Shown here: positions 51,663-61,715 of the stretch, piece after piece
Position numbering within the stretch: position 1 is the stretch's first letter
Layout: the number at the start of each line of letters is the position of its first letter
NCBI GenBank assembly: GCA_041640595.1
Contig: JBEPZY010000003.1
Span: 276,773-340,772 of the forward strand
Length of the DNA: 64,000 bases
From: Gemmatales bacterium
GTDB lineage: Bacteria; Planctomycetota; Planctomycetia; Gemmatales; HRBIN36
Reading direction: 5' to 3'
Made by a program: the position numbers and the translations under genes
Notes under the pieces: generated by a model
The model's input: the letters and a program-made list of their open reading frames with translations, nothing else
Told to the model about the DNA's origin: nothing
Database searches by the model: none

Positions 51663-51865
51663 CCCACGGCGGGCTAACGCCGCCTGCTCTTTGGTGGCGT
51701 TACTTGCCGAACAGAAATCGAATCGTTCCGCAAATGCGTCTTCCACACCCACGGCGGGCTGACACCCGCCGCTCTTGGTGCGTGTGCGACTCGGCATTGC
51801 AAGACGCGATTTCCCGGCGAACGAACGTCGTGCACCAGGAGCGGCTCGCGTAAGCCGACCGTGGC
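51663..51865. repeat. REP-like palindrome cluster
   Basis: Copies near 51664, 51749 and 51830. Confidence 0.8.
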
Positions 51866-52063
51866 GCGCGAGCGTTCTCCTTCGACGAAAACCTCGCCGA
51901 AAAACGCTCGCCATCGCCGATGCGTTTCCCCCACGGCGGGTGTCCGTGTGCACGGGCGCGTGGCGAATCAGTAGAATAAGCCCTGCGAAAAGCAGGAATA
52001 GCGACCGGGCCGAGTTCCGCTACTTGTGGCGAATCAGTAGAATAATCGCTGCCCCGCTGCTTG

Positions 52064-52160
52064 GTGCTAATCGAACCAACGTGGGATTGAAAACTTACTC
52101 AGGAAGTGAAGGCACGTGTTCGGGCGATGCGTGCTAATTGAACCAACGTGGGATTGAAAA
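52064..52160 (+). CRISPR. Orphan CRISPR mini-array: two 30-bp repeats, one 37-bp spacer
   Basis: GTGCTAAT(C/T)GAACCAACGTGGGATTGAAAA at 52064-52093 and 52131-52160; the ATTGAAA(N) 3' end is typical of CRISPR repeats. Confidence 0.8.
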
Positions 52161-52329
52161 GTAGAATCAGTAGAATAAGCGCTGCCCCGCTGCCCGGCTG
52201 AAGACAAACGGGCAAGCTTTTCCTGCCGCTATCACGGAACAAAGCGTTCGAACCGAGAGGAAAAGCCAGATCGGCCGAGAGTTGCAGCAAGTGACCGCTG
52301 GGACTTTTGCTTGAACAAAGGGGGAAACC

Positions 52330-53745
52330 ATGCGAGTGTTTGCTGCAGCAATTGCGACGTGCCTGATGTTTGGGCTAACAGCCCCGTTCGCCGCCGAGCC
52401 CGAGGACTGGTACTACCACGACGGGCCGTTGGCCGGCTCGCTCAAGAGTGACAAGCCGTTGCCACTCTACGACAAAGACCCAAACCATCTTTGGAACCGA
52501 CTGTTCGCTGTTCTTTACATTCGGCCCGGCGAGAATCCCCCGCCTGGCCAAGCCCGGCGCATTGAAGGAGGCGACGCCTATCTCGATCCGCTGCTGTGGC
52601 CCGAGACGCCACGCTTCACCGCCGACCGCGCTGTCCTGGAGAAGACGATTCGGCTGCTCGACGAGTTCCTGGAACAGAAAGGAGCCGACCTCATCACTGA
52701 CCCGCTCAAGCGGGCGATCTTCCAGCATGACCTGTGGGTCGTGTACGACCGAGTAGCGCGGCAGCGGCCGCGAACGGGCCTGGCGACACTGCACGGCGAG
52801 ATGCTCCGGAAAATGGCCCAAGTAATCCGGGCAGTCGCCCTCTCCAAAGAGGAGATCGCCGCCCTCCCCGACAATTACGCGCTGGCCCTGAAGTCGGGGC
52901 ATTTCGCCGCCGAACATGGATTCGATCCCAGGATCGACTATCTACCCGCTGATTTGCCAACGGGGCCGGGCAATTCCACCACCGGCGACTGGGTGGAGAT
53001 CACCTATCCGGCCCACGTGCCACCGTATCACACCCACGACTTCGGCGGCCGCTCCTACTTCCGCATCTTCTGCCGCTTCCCCGCGGGTCGGCAGGCAGTG
53101 CTCGACTACCTGAAGTATGTGGCCGAAGAAGGCGTTGACCAGAACCATCCCGATGCAGCCAGGAGGGCGGTGCTCAAGAGCAAAGGTCTGCGGCAAATCC
53201 CCGCCGGCACCCAACTCGCCCTGCTCCGCCAGATGGTGGTGCTCGACAAGAACCTGGAACCGGTGCCGACATCCATCGTGCAAGAGCTTCGCATGCGCAT
53301 CTTCAAGAACGTCGAGGGGAAGGAAGATCCCGCTACCACTTCCGGGGAGGGCGTCAACATCTACTCTTACGAATTGAAGCGAGCCCTGGCGTTCGACGGC
53401 CTGCGCAAAGGCGGCCTGGAACGACAGCCGAACAACCTCAAAGTATATCGGCCGCTCTTCCACTTCAACGAGGACTGGGGACGGGCCAAGGGGCGCGAGG
53501 GTCTGGCATTTCTGCCCGTGGCGACCCACTGCATCGCCTGCCACGGTCACAAACCGGGCGGCAATGTCGGTGTTTACAGCATCCATTCCATTCACGCCGC
53601 CTTCAGCCTCGCCGGGGCCACTCGCAATGGCCCGCCAGGTATCGCCACGCCGATGACGAAGGAGGCGCCAACCCAGGCCCAGCGTGCAGAAAAAATAATT
53701 CTCTCGCGTCCGGAATATCGGCAGCTGGTGGAGTGGAGTCGCTAG
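52330..53745 (+). CDS. Secreted hypothetical protein with a single CxxCH (possible c-type cytochrome)
   Basis: Signal peptide; CIACH near the C-terminus. Confidence 0.75.
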   Translation: MRVFAAAIATCLMFGLTAPFAAEPEDWYYHDGPLAGSLKSDKPLPLYDKDPNHLWNRLFAVLYIRPGENPPPGQARRIEGGDAYLDPLLWPETPRFTADRAVLEKTIRLLDEFLEQKGADLITDPLKRAIFQHDLWVVYDRVARQRPRTGLATLHGEMLRKMAQVIRAVALSKEEIAALPDNYALALKSGHFAAEHGFDPRIDYLPADLPTGPGNSTTGDWVEITYPAHVPPYHTHDFGGRSYFRIFCRFPAGRQAVLDYLKYVAEEGVDQNHPDAARRAVLKSKGLRQIPAGTQLALLRQMVVLDKNLEPVPTSIVQELRMRIFKNVEGKEDPATTSGEGVNIYSYELKRALAFDGLRKGGLERQPNNLKVYRPLFHFNEDWGRAKGREGLAFLPVATHCIACHGHKPGGNVGVYSIHSIHAAFSLAGATRNGPPGIATPMTKEAPTQAQRAEKIILSRPEYRQLVEWSR

Positions 53746-53824
53746 ACGTGAGGCACGCTTGCAACCCAGGCCACACCGAACCAATGGCTGAAGCTGAGGG
53801 ATCGCCATCTTGGCTTTCCTCGCT

Positions 53825-54250
53825 TCAACGTTGCTGCAGGCAGGCCCGCCCACGCACCAGCGTGGCCAGCATCAGCGTGCGGAACGACCGCACCTTCGTC
53901 CAGTCCATGCTCGCCACCAGTGGACGCTTCTTCCAGTACCGCCGCTGGCGGACGAGCCAACGCAGCGGCCCCTGCATGGCCTCGGAAATGTGGATGCGTT
54001 CGTTGCTGGTGAATCGCCGGGCTCGCTTGATGCAATGTTTGGCGGTCTTGCAGGTGCTGGCAGCCAGACGGCGACTCAGCTCGGCCAAGCTTACCGATTG
54101 GATTGGCAGGACTGCCGTGACCCAACCCACTAGCGTTTTCTTCTGGCCGATGATTTCAGCCAGCTAGGTAGCCAGACCAGTAACGCTGCCGGAACTAAGT
54201 CGGCCAGCGTTTTCACCTAGCTTTTTCTCAGTGCGACGTATACACTGGTG
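53825..54250 (-). pseudogene. IS4-family transposase remnant (N-terminal part)
   Basis: 'KTLADLV..AL', 'SLAELSRRL...AKHCIKRARRF..N..I' and 'LVASMDWT...TLML...RGRA' resemble IS4/IS10-type DDE transposases; disrupted and truncated after the first Asp. Confidence 0.7.
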
Positions 54251-54404
54251 ATTCAGCAAACGACTTCCGTGAATTTCCTGGCGGTTCCCTCCGTAGGTTC
54301 TGGTGGTAGCGGGCGACCTTTCCTAAACATGTACGAACCCAGGACTTCGTAGGCACCGCCATTTTTCCCGCACCCCCGACAGAACTGTGGATGAGTCAGG
54401 GAGA

Positions 54405-54516
54405 GTGCTGGTGGTTCGGAGATTGGCAGCTTAGCTTGCGGCACCACAAGACAGAAGATACGCAACTATTTTCTCAAGGTGCTGGTGGTTCGAAGATTGT
54501 CAGCTTAGCTTGCGGC
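54405..54516 (+). repeat. 38-bp direct repeat (includes the lon stop codon) flanking a unique 36-bp insert
   Basis: 54405-54442 vs 54479-54516, 2 mismatches. Confidence 0.85.
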
Positions 54517-56877
54517 GGTGGCGGGTTCGGGTTCGCGCAGAGCCAGGTTGGGAATGGCGGCACGCAGCACTTCCAGCAGCTGACTGGCAAAGAAAAATTC
54601 GATCTCCTTACGCACGTGTTCGGGTATCTCGCGGAGGTCTTTCTGATTTTCGCGTGGCAGAATGACCCGTCGGATACCGGCACGGTGAGCGGCGAGGAGC
54701 TTCTCCTTGATGCCGCCGACGGGGAGCACCAGGCCGGTCAGCGTGATTTCGCCGGTCATAGCGGTGTCTTTGCGGGTGGGTAAGTTGGTGAACAGCGAGG
54801 TCAGAGCAGTGACCATGGTCACCCCAGCGCTGGGTCCGTCTTTGGGGACAGCGCCAGCGGGAACATGGATGTGCACACCGTTGCGGCGGAATTCCTTCGG
54901 CGAAATGCCGAGCAATTCGGCGTGGGACCAGACGTAGCTGAGGGCAGCTTCTGCCGATTCGCGCATCACCCGGCCAAGCTGACCTGTCAGCCGCAAGCCT
55001 TGCCCCTGGGGTAAAAGTGCGGCTTCAACGTAAAGCACTTCGCCGCCGGTCTCGGTCCAGGCCAGTCCCGTGGCCACACCGGGAGGAAGTGCCTCGCGGG
55101 CCTGTTCGGGGAAGAAGCGTTCCGGTCCGAGCAAATCGGGCAGGTCTTCGGGGCGGACGGTGACCGGTTCGGTCTTGCCTTCGGCGAAGCGGACGGCGAC
55201 CTTGCGGCAGAGCCGACCCAGGGCCCGTTCCAGTTCGCGGACGCCTGCTTCACGGGTGTATCGCCGGATAATCGCATCCAGCGCGGTCGGCAGAATGGTC
55301 AACTGTTCCGGTTGCAGGCCGGATTCTTTGAGCTGCCGCGGAATCAGATAACGGCGGGCGATTTCCATTTTTTCTTCCGGCGTGTACCCGGCCAGACGCA
55401 GAACTTCCATGCGATCCAGGAGCGGTTCGGGAATGGTCATGAGATTGTTGGCCGTGGTGATGAAAAACACCTTGGACAGGTCGAAGGGCAGATCGAGGTA
55501 GTTGTCGCGGAAGTTGGTGTTTTGAGCGGGGTCAAGGATTTCCAATAGGGCGGCTGCGGGGTCGCCGCGAAAATCCCGACCGATTTTGTCCACCTCGTCG
55601 AGCATCAGGACGGGATTCTTGACGCCTGCCCGACGAATGGCCTGGATAATCCGGCCCGGCATGGCGCCGATGTAGGTGCGTCGGTGGCCGCGAAGCTCCG
55701 CCTCATCATGTAACCCGCCCAGACTTTGCCGCTCGAATTTTCGACCCAGCGCACGAGCAATACTCTGGCCGAGCGAAGTTTTGCCGACGCCAGGCGGACC
55801 GACGAAACACAAAATCGGCGCCTTGGCTTCCGGATTGAGTTTGAGCACGGCCAGATGCTCGAGAATCCGCTCTTTGATTTCCTCCAGTCCGTAATGATCC
55901 TCATCGAGCACCTGCCGGGCACGGGCGATGTCGAGTTGATCCGGCGTCTCTTTGCGCCAGGGCAACTCGAGCACCAGTTCCAGCCAGGTGCGGATGACCT
56001 GATAATCGGGAGCGATAGGCGGCAGACGTTCGAGGCGATTTAATTCGCGTTCGGCTTCCTTGCGTACATCATCGGGGAGATCGGTTTCGGCCAGGCGTTG
56101 CCGCAACTCGTCAATTTCCGCCTTTTCCGGGCTTTTTTCGCCGAGTTCCTCCTGAATGGCCCGCAACTGCTGGCGGAGCATGTACTCGCGCTGTTGTTTG
56201 GTGAGTTCAGACTCGGCTTGCTTTTGAATCTTGTGCCGCAGTTCCTGCACCTGCAATTCGTGCTGCAAATACTGATACAGCAGCCGCAACGCTTCCAGAC
56301 GGCTCGGCGCTTCGAGCAGGGCCTGTTCTTTAGGCACATCCAGGCTCAGCATCGAGCCGATGAAGTAGGCCACACGCAACGGATCGCCCTGCTGCGTGAT
56401 TAATTCCCGCAGATTCTCCGGCGCTTCCGTACCAGCCAGTTCGAGGATGCGGCGGGTGGTGTCGAGAATGCTCCGGTAAAGGGCCTCGACTTCCGGACCG
56501 GAATCTTCCGGCCAGGGAAGCACCTGAACACGTGCCAGCAGATACGGCTCGGTTTGTTCCAGCCGAAGCAGACTGACGCGCTCGATGCCCTGCACCAGGA
56601 TTTCGATGCCGTTGGGCGAACGGGCCATCTTGCGGATCACCGCCAGCGTGCCCACTCCGTACAAATCGTCGCTGCTGGCTGGCTGATCCTTTTGCGGATC
56701 GCGCTGGGCGAAAATGACCAGCGATTTGTCTTCCCGAGCCGCGGCGGCTTCGATGGCGGCGATGGAGGTGGGTCGGCCCGCGGACAGGGGCGCAAAGACC
56801 GACGGGAATATCACCGTGTTCCGCAACGGCAAAACCGGTAAGGTCTGAATCGTGCCAGGCGTCATCGGAGAAGTCAT
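54505..56877 (-). CDS. lon: ATP-dependent Lon protease
   Basis: [45 protein letters not shown]. Confidence 0.98.
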   Translation of the reverse strand: MTSPMTPGTIQTLPVLPLRNTVIFPSVFAPLSAGRPTSIAAIEAAAAREDKSLVIFAQRDPQKDQPASSDDLYGVGTLAVIRKMARSPNGIEILVQGIERVSLLRLEQTEPYLLARVQVLPWPEDSGPEVEALYRSILDTTRRILELAGTEAPENLRELITQQGDPLRVAYFIGSMLSLDVPKEQALLEAPSRLEALRLLYQYLQHELQVQELRHKIQKQAESELTKQQREYMLRQQLRAIQEELGEKSPEKAEIDELRQRLAETDLPDDVRKEAERELNRLERLPPIAPDYQVIRTWLELVLELPWRKETPDQLDIARARQVLDEDHYGLEEIKERILEHLAVLKLNPEAKAPILCFVGPPGVGKTSLGQSIARALGRKFERQSLGGLHDEAELRGHRRTYIGAMPGRIIQAIRRAGVKNPVLMLDEVDKIGRDFRGDPAAALLEILDPAQNTNFRDNYLDLPFDLSKVFFITTANNLMTIPEPLLDRMEVLRLAGYTPEEKMEIARRYLIPRQLKESGLQPEQLTILPTALDAIIRRYTREAGVRELERALGRLCRKVAVRFAEGKTEPVTVRPEDLPDLLGPERFFPEQAREALPPGVATGLAWTETGGEVLYVEAALLPQGQGLRLTGQLGRVMRESAEAALSYVWSHAELLGISPKEFRRNGVHIHVPAGAVPKDGPSAGVTMVTALTSLFTNLPTRKDTAMTGEITLTGLVLPVGGIKEKLLAAHRAGIRRVILPRENQKDLREIPEHVRKEIEFFFASQLLEVLRAAIPNLALREPEPATAAS

Positions 56878-57102
56878 AGCCAGGATCCTGTCCAGGGATG
56901 AAATGCAGGCCGGAAAGTTTGCAGCGCCCGACAGGGTGGGCCCCGATCCGAAAGGATGTCCCCGAGGTCACGAAGAACCTGCGTCCCTTGGCGGACCCGC
57001 CTCGGGTTTCGAGAAAGGTCTGCGATTCATCCTGGTTTCCTCCAGGTGGGCATTTCGTCGGGTACGCAGCGAAGTCAGGCGCGGGTATCGCCGGCCGAAA
57101 AG

Positions 57103-57468
57103 TCAGCCACTCGTGTCAATCGCTACCAGCAGCATGCCATCCCGGTAATCCACTTCCAGCTGGGCATGTTCCAGATTCACGGGCAACTCGACGGTGCGCT
57201 CAAATGGGCTGTAAGCGATTTCCATGCGGTACTGAGCGTAGCCGAATTGTTCCACGCAGAAATCGCGGCGCTGCCCGGCCACGGTCAGATATTGGCCGCG
57301 AACCTCGATGCGAATGTCGCCCGGACGCACCCCGGCCAGGTCGAACTTGAGCAGCCAGCCTCGCGGCGTGCGATAAATATCCACCGGAGGCGACCAACCC
57401 GCCTCCTGATGGCTCTGCGCTTGCGGTAAGAAAAACACCTGCATCCAGCGAACAATGTCTCGTGCCAT
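57103..57468 (-). CDS. Hsp20/alpha-crystallin small heat shock protein
   Basis: W.PPVDIY, DLAGV, MEI....FER..ELP and Y.DGML.V. Confidence 0.9.
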   Translation of the reverse strand: MARDIVRWMQVFFLPQAQSHQEAGWSPPVDIYRTPRGWLLKFDLAGVRPGDIRIEVRGQYLTVAGQRRDFCVEQFGYAQYRMEIAYSPFERTVELPVNLEHAQLEVDYRDGMLLVAIDTSG

Positions 57469-57635
57469 CGTGTCCTTCCTGGTTTTTGCGCGACGCTCCG
57501 GTCAGGCTCGGGGACGTGGCCGGAAGATCGGGCAGTGGAATCCACGAATCGGTTCGTCGCCGAGCGCACCACCTGTGGACAGCGGCAGACCCGGCCACTT
57601 GTGAAGTTCGAATGGGCCTGTCGGTTCCTGGCCGA

Positions 57636-60254
57636 TCATGCCGCTGCTGAGCTTACGGCCCGGAAGATTAACATATCGGCCCGGGGGTCATAATCCAATT
57701 GCACGGTCTGACCATCGCGAATTTCGCCGGCAAGCAACCGTTTCGCCAGAGCGGTCTCCACTTCCCGCTGAATCAACCGTTTCAGGGGCCGGGCACCATA
57801 GTGCGGGTCGTACCCTTTCTGGGCGAGGTAATCCCGAGCCGCCGGCGTTACCACCAGGGTGATCCGCCGTTCCTCCAGCCGCTTCTGCAACCGCGCCAGC
57901 TGGATGTCCACAATCTGTTTCAGGTGGGCTTCGGTCAGCGAATGGAACACGACGATTTCGTCCACGCGGTTGAGGAATTCCGGTCGGAAATGATAGCGCA
58001 ACTCCTCAAGCACCGCTTCTTTCATCCGCTCATATTCCGGTCCACCGGGCAGGCCCTGGTATTGCAGAATCCGCTGGCTGCCGATGTTCGAGGTCATGAT
58101 GATGATGGTGTTCTTGAAATCCACCACGCGTCCCTGGCCATCCGTCAATCGTCCATCGTCGAGGATTTGCAACAGCACGTTGAAGACGTCGTGATGGGCC
58201 TTTTCGATTTCGTCGAAGAGCACGACCGAATAGGGTCGGCGACGCACCGCTTCGGTGAGCTGTCCGCCTTCCTCGTAACCGACGTAACCGGGCGGAGCAC
58301 CGATCAGCCGGGCCACCGTGTGTTTCTCCTGATATTCGGACATGTCAATGCGGATCATGGCCCGCTCATCGTCGAAGAGCGCTTCCGCCAGTGCCCGTGC
58401 CAATTCGGTTTTCCCAACACCGGTCGGCCCCAGAAAGATGAACGAGCCGATCGGACGATTCGGGTCTTTCAAGCCCGTGCGGGCGCGAATGACCGCTTCC
58501 GCCACCACGCGCACCGCTTCATCCTGACCCACGACCCGCTTGTGCAACTCCTCTTCCAGGTGCATCAACTTCTGAGCTTCGCCTTCCAGCAACTTGCTGA
58601 CCGGAATGCCCGTCCAGCGACTTACGACTTCGGCGATATCTTCTTCGTCCACTTCTTCCTTAATGAGCCGGACTCCCTGCCGGGTCAGCTCTTCTTCGGC
58701 TTCCTTGAGAGCCTTTTCGAGTCCGAAAAGTCGGCCATATTTGAGTTCGGCGACGCGGTTGAGGTCGTACTGTCGCTCGGCCTGTTCGATTTCGATTTTG
58801 GTGCGTTCAATCTGAGCCCGCAGGTCGCGCAGTCGCTGGATCATCTGTTTTTCCCGTTCCCACTGCGCTTTGAGGGTATCAGCGCGGGAACGGAGTTCGG
58901 CCAGCTCTTTTTCGAGTTTGGCCAACCGTTCTTTCGAGGCCGGATCGGTTTCTTTCCGCAACGCCTCCCGTTCGATTTCCAGTTGCATGACCTTGCGGAG
59001 GATTTCGTCGAGCTCGGAGGGCATGGAATCAATTTCGGTGCGGAGTTTGGCTGCTGCTTCGTCCACCAGGTCGATGGCTTTGTCGGGTAAGAATCGGTCG
59101 GCAATGTAACGGTTGGAAAGCACCGCAGCGGCCACCAGAGCGCTATCCTTGATCCGCACGCCGTGGTGCACCTCGTAACGCTCTTTCAGACCACGCAGGA
59201 TGGAAATGGTGTCCTCGACCGAAGGCGGTTCTACCAGGATAGGCTGGAATCGGCGTTCGAGGGCGGCGTCTTTTTCGATGTATTTGCGGTATTCGTCCAG
59301 CGTGGTAGCGCCGATGCAGTGCAGTTCGCCGCGAGCCAGCATCGGCTTGAGCAGGTTGGAAGCGTCCATCGCTCCTTCAGCGCGGCCCGCACCAACCACG
59401 GTGTGCAACTCGTCAATGAACAGGATGATTTCCCCCTGGGCTTCCTGCACCTCTTTCAGTACCGCTTTCAACCGCTCTTCAAACTCGCCGCGATATTTGG
59501 CCCCGGCAATCAGGGCGCCCATGTCGAGCTGGATGATCCGCTTGTTTTTGAGTCCCTCGGGCACATCGCCGCGAACGATGCGCTGAGCCAGACCTTCGAC
59601 GATCGCGGTTTTGCCCACACCAGGTTCGCCGATCAGCACCGGGTTGTTTTTGGTTCTGCGGCAAAGCACCTGGATGACGCGGCGAATTTCGTCATCGCGG
59701 CCGATGACCGGATCGAGCTTGCCCTGGGCCGCCAGTTTCGTCAAATCCCGACCGTAGCGTTCCAGGGCCTGGTAAGTAGTTTCCGGAGTCGGCGAGGTTA
59801 CCCGCTGATGGCCGCGAATCTGTTGCAACGCCTGCAACAGGTTGTCGCGCTGAATCCCATACTCACGCAGCAAACGCCCGGAAAAACCCGTATCGTCCAC
59901 CAGGCCCAGGAGCAAATGCTCGACCGAAATGTACTCATCGCGCAGTTTCTTTGCTTCCTCTTCGGCCTGCATGAGCAACCGGTTGAGCCGACCCGTGATA
60001 TAAACCTGGTCCGTAGCGGCAGGTCCGCTGACCCGCGGGAGCCGACGCAGCTCCTGCTCCAGTCGTTCCTGCAGCCTGTCCACCCGGCTCAAACCAGCCT
60101 TTTGCAGCAGCGGCACCGCCAGCCCATCGCTTTGCTCCAGCAGAGCCAGAAACAAATGCTCCACATCCACCTGCTGGTGCGATTCCCGAAGTGCTCGCCG
60201 GTGCGCTGCTTGCAACGCTTCCTGAGCTTTTTCCGTAAAGCGGTTGATGTCCAT
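57636..60254 (-). CDS. clpB: Chaperone ClpB
   Basis: Two AAA modules ([16 protein letters not shown]), long M-domain coiled coil, GARPLKR. Confidence 0.98.
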   Translation of the reverse strand: MDINRFTEKAQEALQAAHRRALRESHQQVDVEHLFLALLEQSDGLAVPLLQKAGLSRVDRLQERLEQELRRLPRVSGPAATDQVYITGRLNRLLMQAEEEAKKLRDEYISVEHLLLGLVDDTGFSGRLLREYGIQRDNLLQALQQIRGHQRVTSPTPETTYQALERYGRDLTKLAAQGKLDPVIGRDDEIRRVIQVLCRRTKNNPVLIGEPGVGKTAIVEGLAQRIVRGDVPEGLKNKRIIQLDMGALIAGAKYRGEFEERLKAVLKEVQEAQGEIILFIDELHTVVGAGRAEGAMDASNLLKPMLARGELHCIGATTLDEYRKYIEKDAALERRFQPILVEPPSVEDTISILRGLKERYEVHHGVRIKDSALVAAAVLSNRYIADRFLPDKAIDLVDEAAAKLRTEIDSMPSELDEILRKVMQLEIEREALRKETDPASKERLAKLEKELAELRSRADTLKAQWEREKQMIQRLRDLRAQIERTKIEIEQAERQYDLNRVAELKYGRLFGLEKALKEAEEELTRQGVRLIKEEVDEEDIAEVVSRWTGIPVSKLLEGEAQKLMHLEEELHKRVVGQDEAVRVVAEAVIRARTGLKDPNRPIGSFIFLGPTGVGKTELARALAEALFDDERAMIRIDMSEYQEKHTVARLIGAPPGYVGYEEGGQLTEAVRRRPYSVVLFDEIEKAHHDVFNVLLQILDDGRLTDGQGRVVDFKNTIIIMTSNIGSQRILQYQGLPGGPEYERMKEAVLEELRYHFRPEFLNRVDEIVVFHSLTEAHLKQIVDIQLARLQKRLEERRITLVVTPAARDYLAQKGYDPHYGARPLKRLIQREVETALAKRLLAGEIRDGQTVQLDYDPRADMLIFRAVSSAAA

Positions 60255-60382
60255 AGCGGAACCCTTCCTTTCTGCGTGGGTGATGGTGGCCCAGGTGGTT
60301 CCTGCTGGCCACGCGGTTTACGCTCGCAAACGGCCCATCTGCAACCCCGATGCCGATGCGTGCACTGAGTGAAATCCGCAGA

Positions 60383-60435
60383 ATTCTAGGCTATTCCCAG
60401 CCACTAGTCAAATTGGCAGTAGCAGTCGTACTGCC
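60383..60435 (-). promoter_or_regulatory. Sigma70-like clpB promoter with adjacent inverted repeat
   Basis: Minus strand TTGACT(60406-60411)-17 nt-TAGAAT(60383-60388); GGCAGTA-N7-TACTGCC at 60415-60435. Confidence 0.65.
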
Positions 60436-60464
60436 TGATTGGCAGTTTCGCTGGCCGAGTCGGT

Positions 60465-61637
60465 TCAAGTCGGCTTGCGTTCGCTGGCCAGGACCTGAAT
60501 CAGGCCGGCGGTGTAATCCACCAGATTTCCGCGTCGCTGGGCAATATCCACCAGCGGTCGGTAGTCGCCGAGCTTCTGGCACAGCTCGTAAATGGTCGGG
60601 CAGCTACCCAATTGTTGCGGGTCAGCCCGGGTGAGGTAACGAGCGTAAGCTTCGACGGCCTCCCGATGCCGACCTAATCGTTCCAGCAGACCAACGTAAA
60701 CTGCCGCCGGGTAATACCCGACCTGTTCCAGATCGGCAGTTTCGGCCTTGTGGCGGAAATGTTCCAGTCCAGCCTCGACTTCTTCGCCCAGCAGTGTGCG
60801 GAAGTAAATGTGGTAGTCGAAATAAGTCTGCTCAAACGGCGGGTCGCCGGGATACTGAAACCTCGGATTGATGTGCTGTCCGTATTCGCACAATTCCACG
60901 GCCAGCCGCAATTCCTCGCACACCGGCAGGTAGTAGGCGAACTGCACCACGGACGACAGGTGCGAGGTGTCAATATGGTAAAAATCCTCGGCAAATAGCG
61001 TCTGTTCGCGTCCGCGGAGCAATTCGCGCACAGAAAGTTCCGGCGGCGGTTCGATTCCTTCACGCTGCGCGATGTCGGTTCGCAGACGTTCCCGCAATTC
61101 CTCGTAAAGCGCTCGCACCAGTTGCTTCAGGCAATCCACGCGGTCTTCCTGAGTGCCAGGAAAACCCTGCGAAAACGTCGTGATGGCATTGCAAATCCCG
61201 TAGTATTTCAGCACCCAGCGAAATCCCAGACGGGGATGGGCCCCTTCGTACAGAGCAATCTGAACGTATTGCTGACACTGTTCCGGTTCCTGCGGTTCGA
61301 CCTGCTCGAGAGCCTGAGCGATCTCCTGGTGTTCCTGGATCATGCGAAAGAAAGGCCAGGCAGAAACGATATCCTGATTGGCCAGCGCCAGCCGACCCGC
61401 TTGCCGGGCTGCCTCGCGGATGCCCTGTTCGTAAGCCGGGGCCAGTTCCTCCGGCACATCGCTATCGAAACGCGGCTGCACGGCCGGCAGACCCAGTTCC
61501 AGGCGTTTATCCAGCACCAGCGCATAAAAGTAGCCGGTATAATCCCGCCGCTGGCGCAGCTCCTCCAGTAACCGGGCCACTGCCGGGCGCGGACCTCGTT
61601 CGTGCACCAGGTTTTCCAATTCTTCGTAAATGCTCAT
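60465..61637 (-). CDS. Alpha-helical hypothetical protein
   Basis: 390-aa ORF with AGGAG RBS and host-like codon usage; no recognisable motif. Confidence 0.8.
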   Translation of the reverse strand: MSIYEELENLVHERGPRPAVARLLEELRQRRDYTGYFYALVLDKRLELGLPAVQPRFDSDVPEELAPAYEQGIREAARQAGRLALANQDIVSAWPFFRMIQEHQEIAQALEQVEPQEPEQCQQYVQIALYEGAHPRLGFRWVLKYYGICNAITTFSQGFPGTQEDRVDCLKQLVRALYEELRERLRTDIAQREGIEPPPELSVRELLRGREQTLFAEDFYHIDTSHLSSVVQFAYYLPVCEELRLAVELCEYGQHINPRFQYPGDPPFEQTYFDYHIYFRTLLGEEVEAGLEHFRHKAETADLEQVGYYPAAVYVGLLERLGRHREAVEAYARYLTRADPQQLGSCPTIYELCQKLGDYRPLVDIAQRRGNLVDYTAGLIQVLASERKPT

Positions 61638-61715
61638 CGGCTCTCCTGAGCGCGGAGGCTGGACCGGCTCGCGCTGGCCGGGCCGGCAAAAGCACTGCCG
61701 CTCTACACTGACATG

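Noticed and set aside
60411..60440. CIRCE (HrcA) operator upstream of clpB
   Set aside because: The inverted repeat has 7-nt spacing and a poor match to TTAGCACTC-N9-GAGTGCTAA.
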